Positions 31,222 through 32,000 of a stretch of DNA of 32,000 nt are shown here, piece by piece. Under the pieces are notes generated by a model. It saw only the letters and a program-made list of their open reading frames with translations. It was not told the DNA's origin and did not search any database. Position 1 is the stretch's first letter. The number at the start of each line of letters is the position of its first letter. The position numbers and the translations under genes are program-made. The stretch is from contig NC_008340.1 in NCBI RefSeq assembly GCF_000014785.1, positions 210,001-242,000 of the forward strand, in the 5' to 3' direction. This stretch comes from Alkalilimnicola ehrlichii MLHE-1. Its GTDB lineage: Bacteria > Pseudomonadota > Gammaproteobacteria > Nitrococcales > Halorhodospiraceae.

Positions 31222-32000
31222 TCAGTCGAGCAGGTGCTCGCCGCGCCAAAGGGCCCGCAACGGTTCGCGTTCGCGCACCAAGTGGTGACAGCCGCCAGCC
31301 ACCAACACCTCGGCCGGGCGCGGACGGGTGTTGTAGTTGGACGCCATTACGAAGCCGTAGGCGCCGGCGGAGTGCACCGCCAGCAGGTCGCCCTCGGCCA
31401 GGGCCAGCTCGCGCTGCTTGCCAAGGAAGTCGCCGGTCTCGCAGACAGGGCCGACGATATCCCAGGGCAGGGTGTCGGTGTCGGCCCGCGGGCGCACCGG
31501 GGTGATCGCGTGCCAGCCGTCGTAGAGCGAAGGGCGGAGCAGGTCGTTCATCGCGGCGTCGACCACGGCAAAGCGCTGCTCCGAGCCGTCCTTCAGGTAT
31601 TGCACCCGGGTGATCAGTACGCCGGCGTTGCCCACCACGGCCCGGCCGGGTTCCATCAGCAATTCCAGGTCGCGGCCCTGAAGCCCGTCCAGCAGGACCC
31701 GGGCGTAGTCCTCGGCCGCCGGTGGGGTCTCGTCCCGGTAGCGGATGCCCAGACCGCCGCCCACGTCGAGATGCCGGATGGTGATCCCCTCAGCCGCCAG
31801 CCGGTCTACCAGTGCCAGCACCCGCTCCAGGGCGTCGGCGATGGGTGAGAGGTCGGTGAGTTGCGAGCCGATGTGAAAGTCCACCCCCTCCACGCTAAGG
31901 TGGGCGGCGTTGGCCGCCTGGCGGTAGATGGCCTCCGCCTCACGGATGTCGATCCCGAACTTGTTCTCGCGCAGCCCGGTGGAGATGTAGGGGTGGGTGC
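31222..32000 (-). CDS. lysA: Diaminopimelate decarboxylase LysA (5' end beyond window)
   Basis: Reading through to the edge gives YISTGLRENKFGIDIREAEAIYRQAANAAHLSVEGVDFHIGSQLTDLSP...HLDVGGGLGIRYRDE...EPGRAVVGNAGVLITRV...LCETGDFLGK-like PVCETGDFLG. The track ORF uses an internal start at 31893. Confidence 0.95.
   Translation of the reverse strand, partial: THPYISTGLRENKFGIDIREAEAIYRQAANAAHLSVEGVDFHIGSQLTDLSPIADALERVLALVDRLAAEGITIRHLDVGGGLGIRYRDETPPAAEDYARVLLDGLQGRDLELLMEPGRAVVGNAGVLITRVQYLKDGSEQRFAVVDAAMNDLLRPSLYDGWHAITPVRPRADTDTLPWDIVGPVCETGDFLGKQRELALAEGDLLAVHSAGAYGFVMASNYNTRPRPAEVLVAGGCHHLVREREPLRALWRGEHLLD

Noticed and set aside
31078-31848. 256-aa plus-strand ORF opposite lysA
   Set aside because: The opposite strand gives unmistakable LysA motifs through to the window edge.

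Overview
This 32 kb GC-rich window looks like a gammaproteobacterial chromosome (Ectothiorhodospiraceae-like by gene content and codon style; inference only). It is mostly ordinary housekeeping and nitrogen-assimilation DNA. Plus-strand order: lipB; a urease block (hupE/ureJ-like nickel permease, ureD, ureA, ureB, ureC, ureE, ureF, ureG); the urea ABC transporter urtABCDE; and a NarK-family nitrate/nitrite transporter. Then on the minus strand: an orphan TAXI-type TRAP solute-binding protein, an AspA/AstE (M14-like) hydrolase, a GCS2-like glutamate-cysteine ligase, and murU/amgK. These are divergent from lptD-surA-pdxA (plus). The rest is minus strand: a MoaD/ThiS-like protein, an MFS transporter, a second AspA/AstE-family hydrolase, a gamma carbonic anhydrase, a two-domain universal stress protein, a small cupin, a NemR-like TetR regulator, and lysA truncated by the window edge. 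I see no clear new defence or mobile system. The best second-look signals are: (1) two unrelated repeat families interrupting the urease operon, namely a 93-bp-period tandem array of a 78-bp element between ureC and ureE, and a 106-bp palindromic element with perfect 27-bp terminal inverted repeats between ureF and ureG; (2) a perfect sigma54 -24/-12 promoter with NtrC-like sites upstream of urtA and a similar, weaker arrangement upstream of the urease block; (3) an identical 16-bp operator in front of both the TetR gene and the cupin gene; (4) a GCS2-like ligase beside an AspA/AstE hydrolase, and a MoaD-like/MFS/AspA-family gene string.
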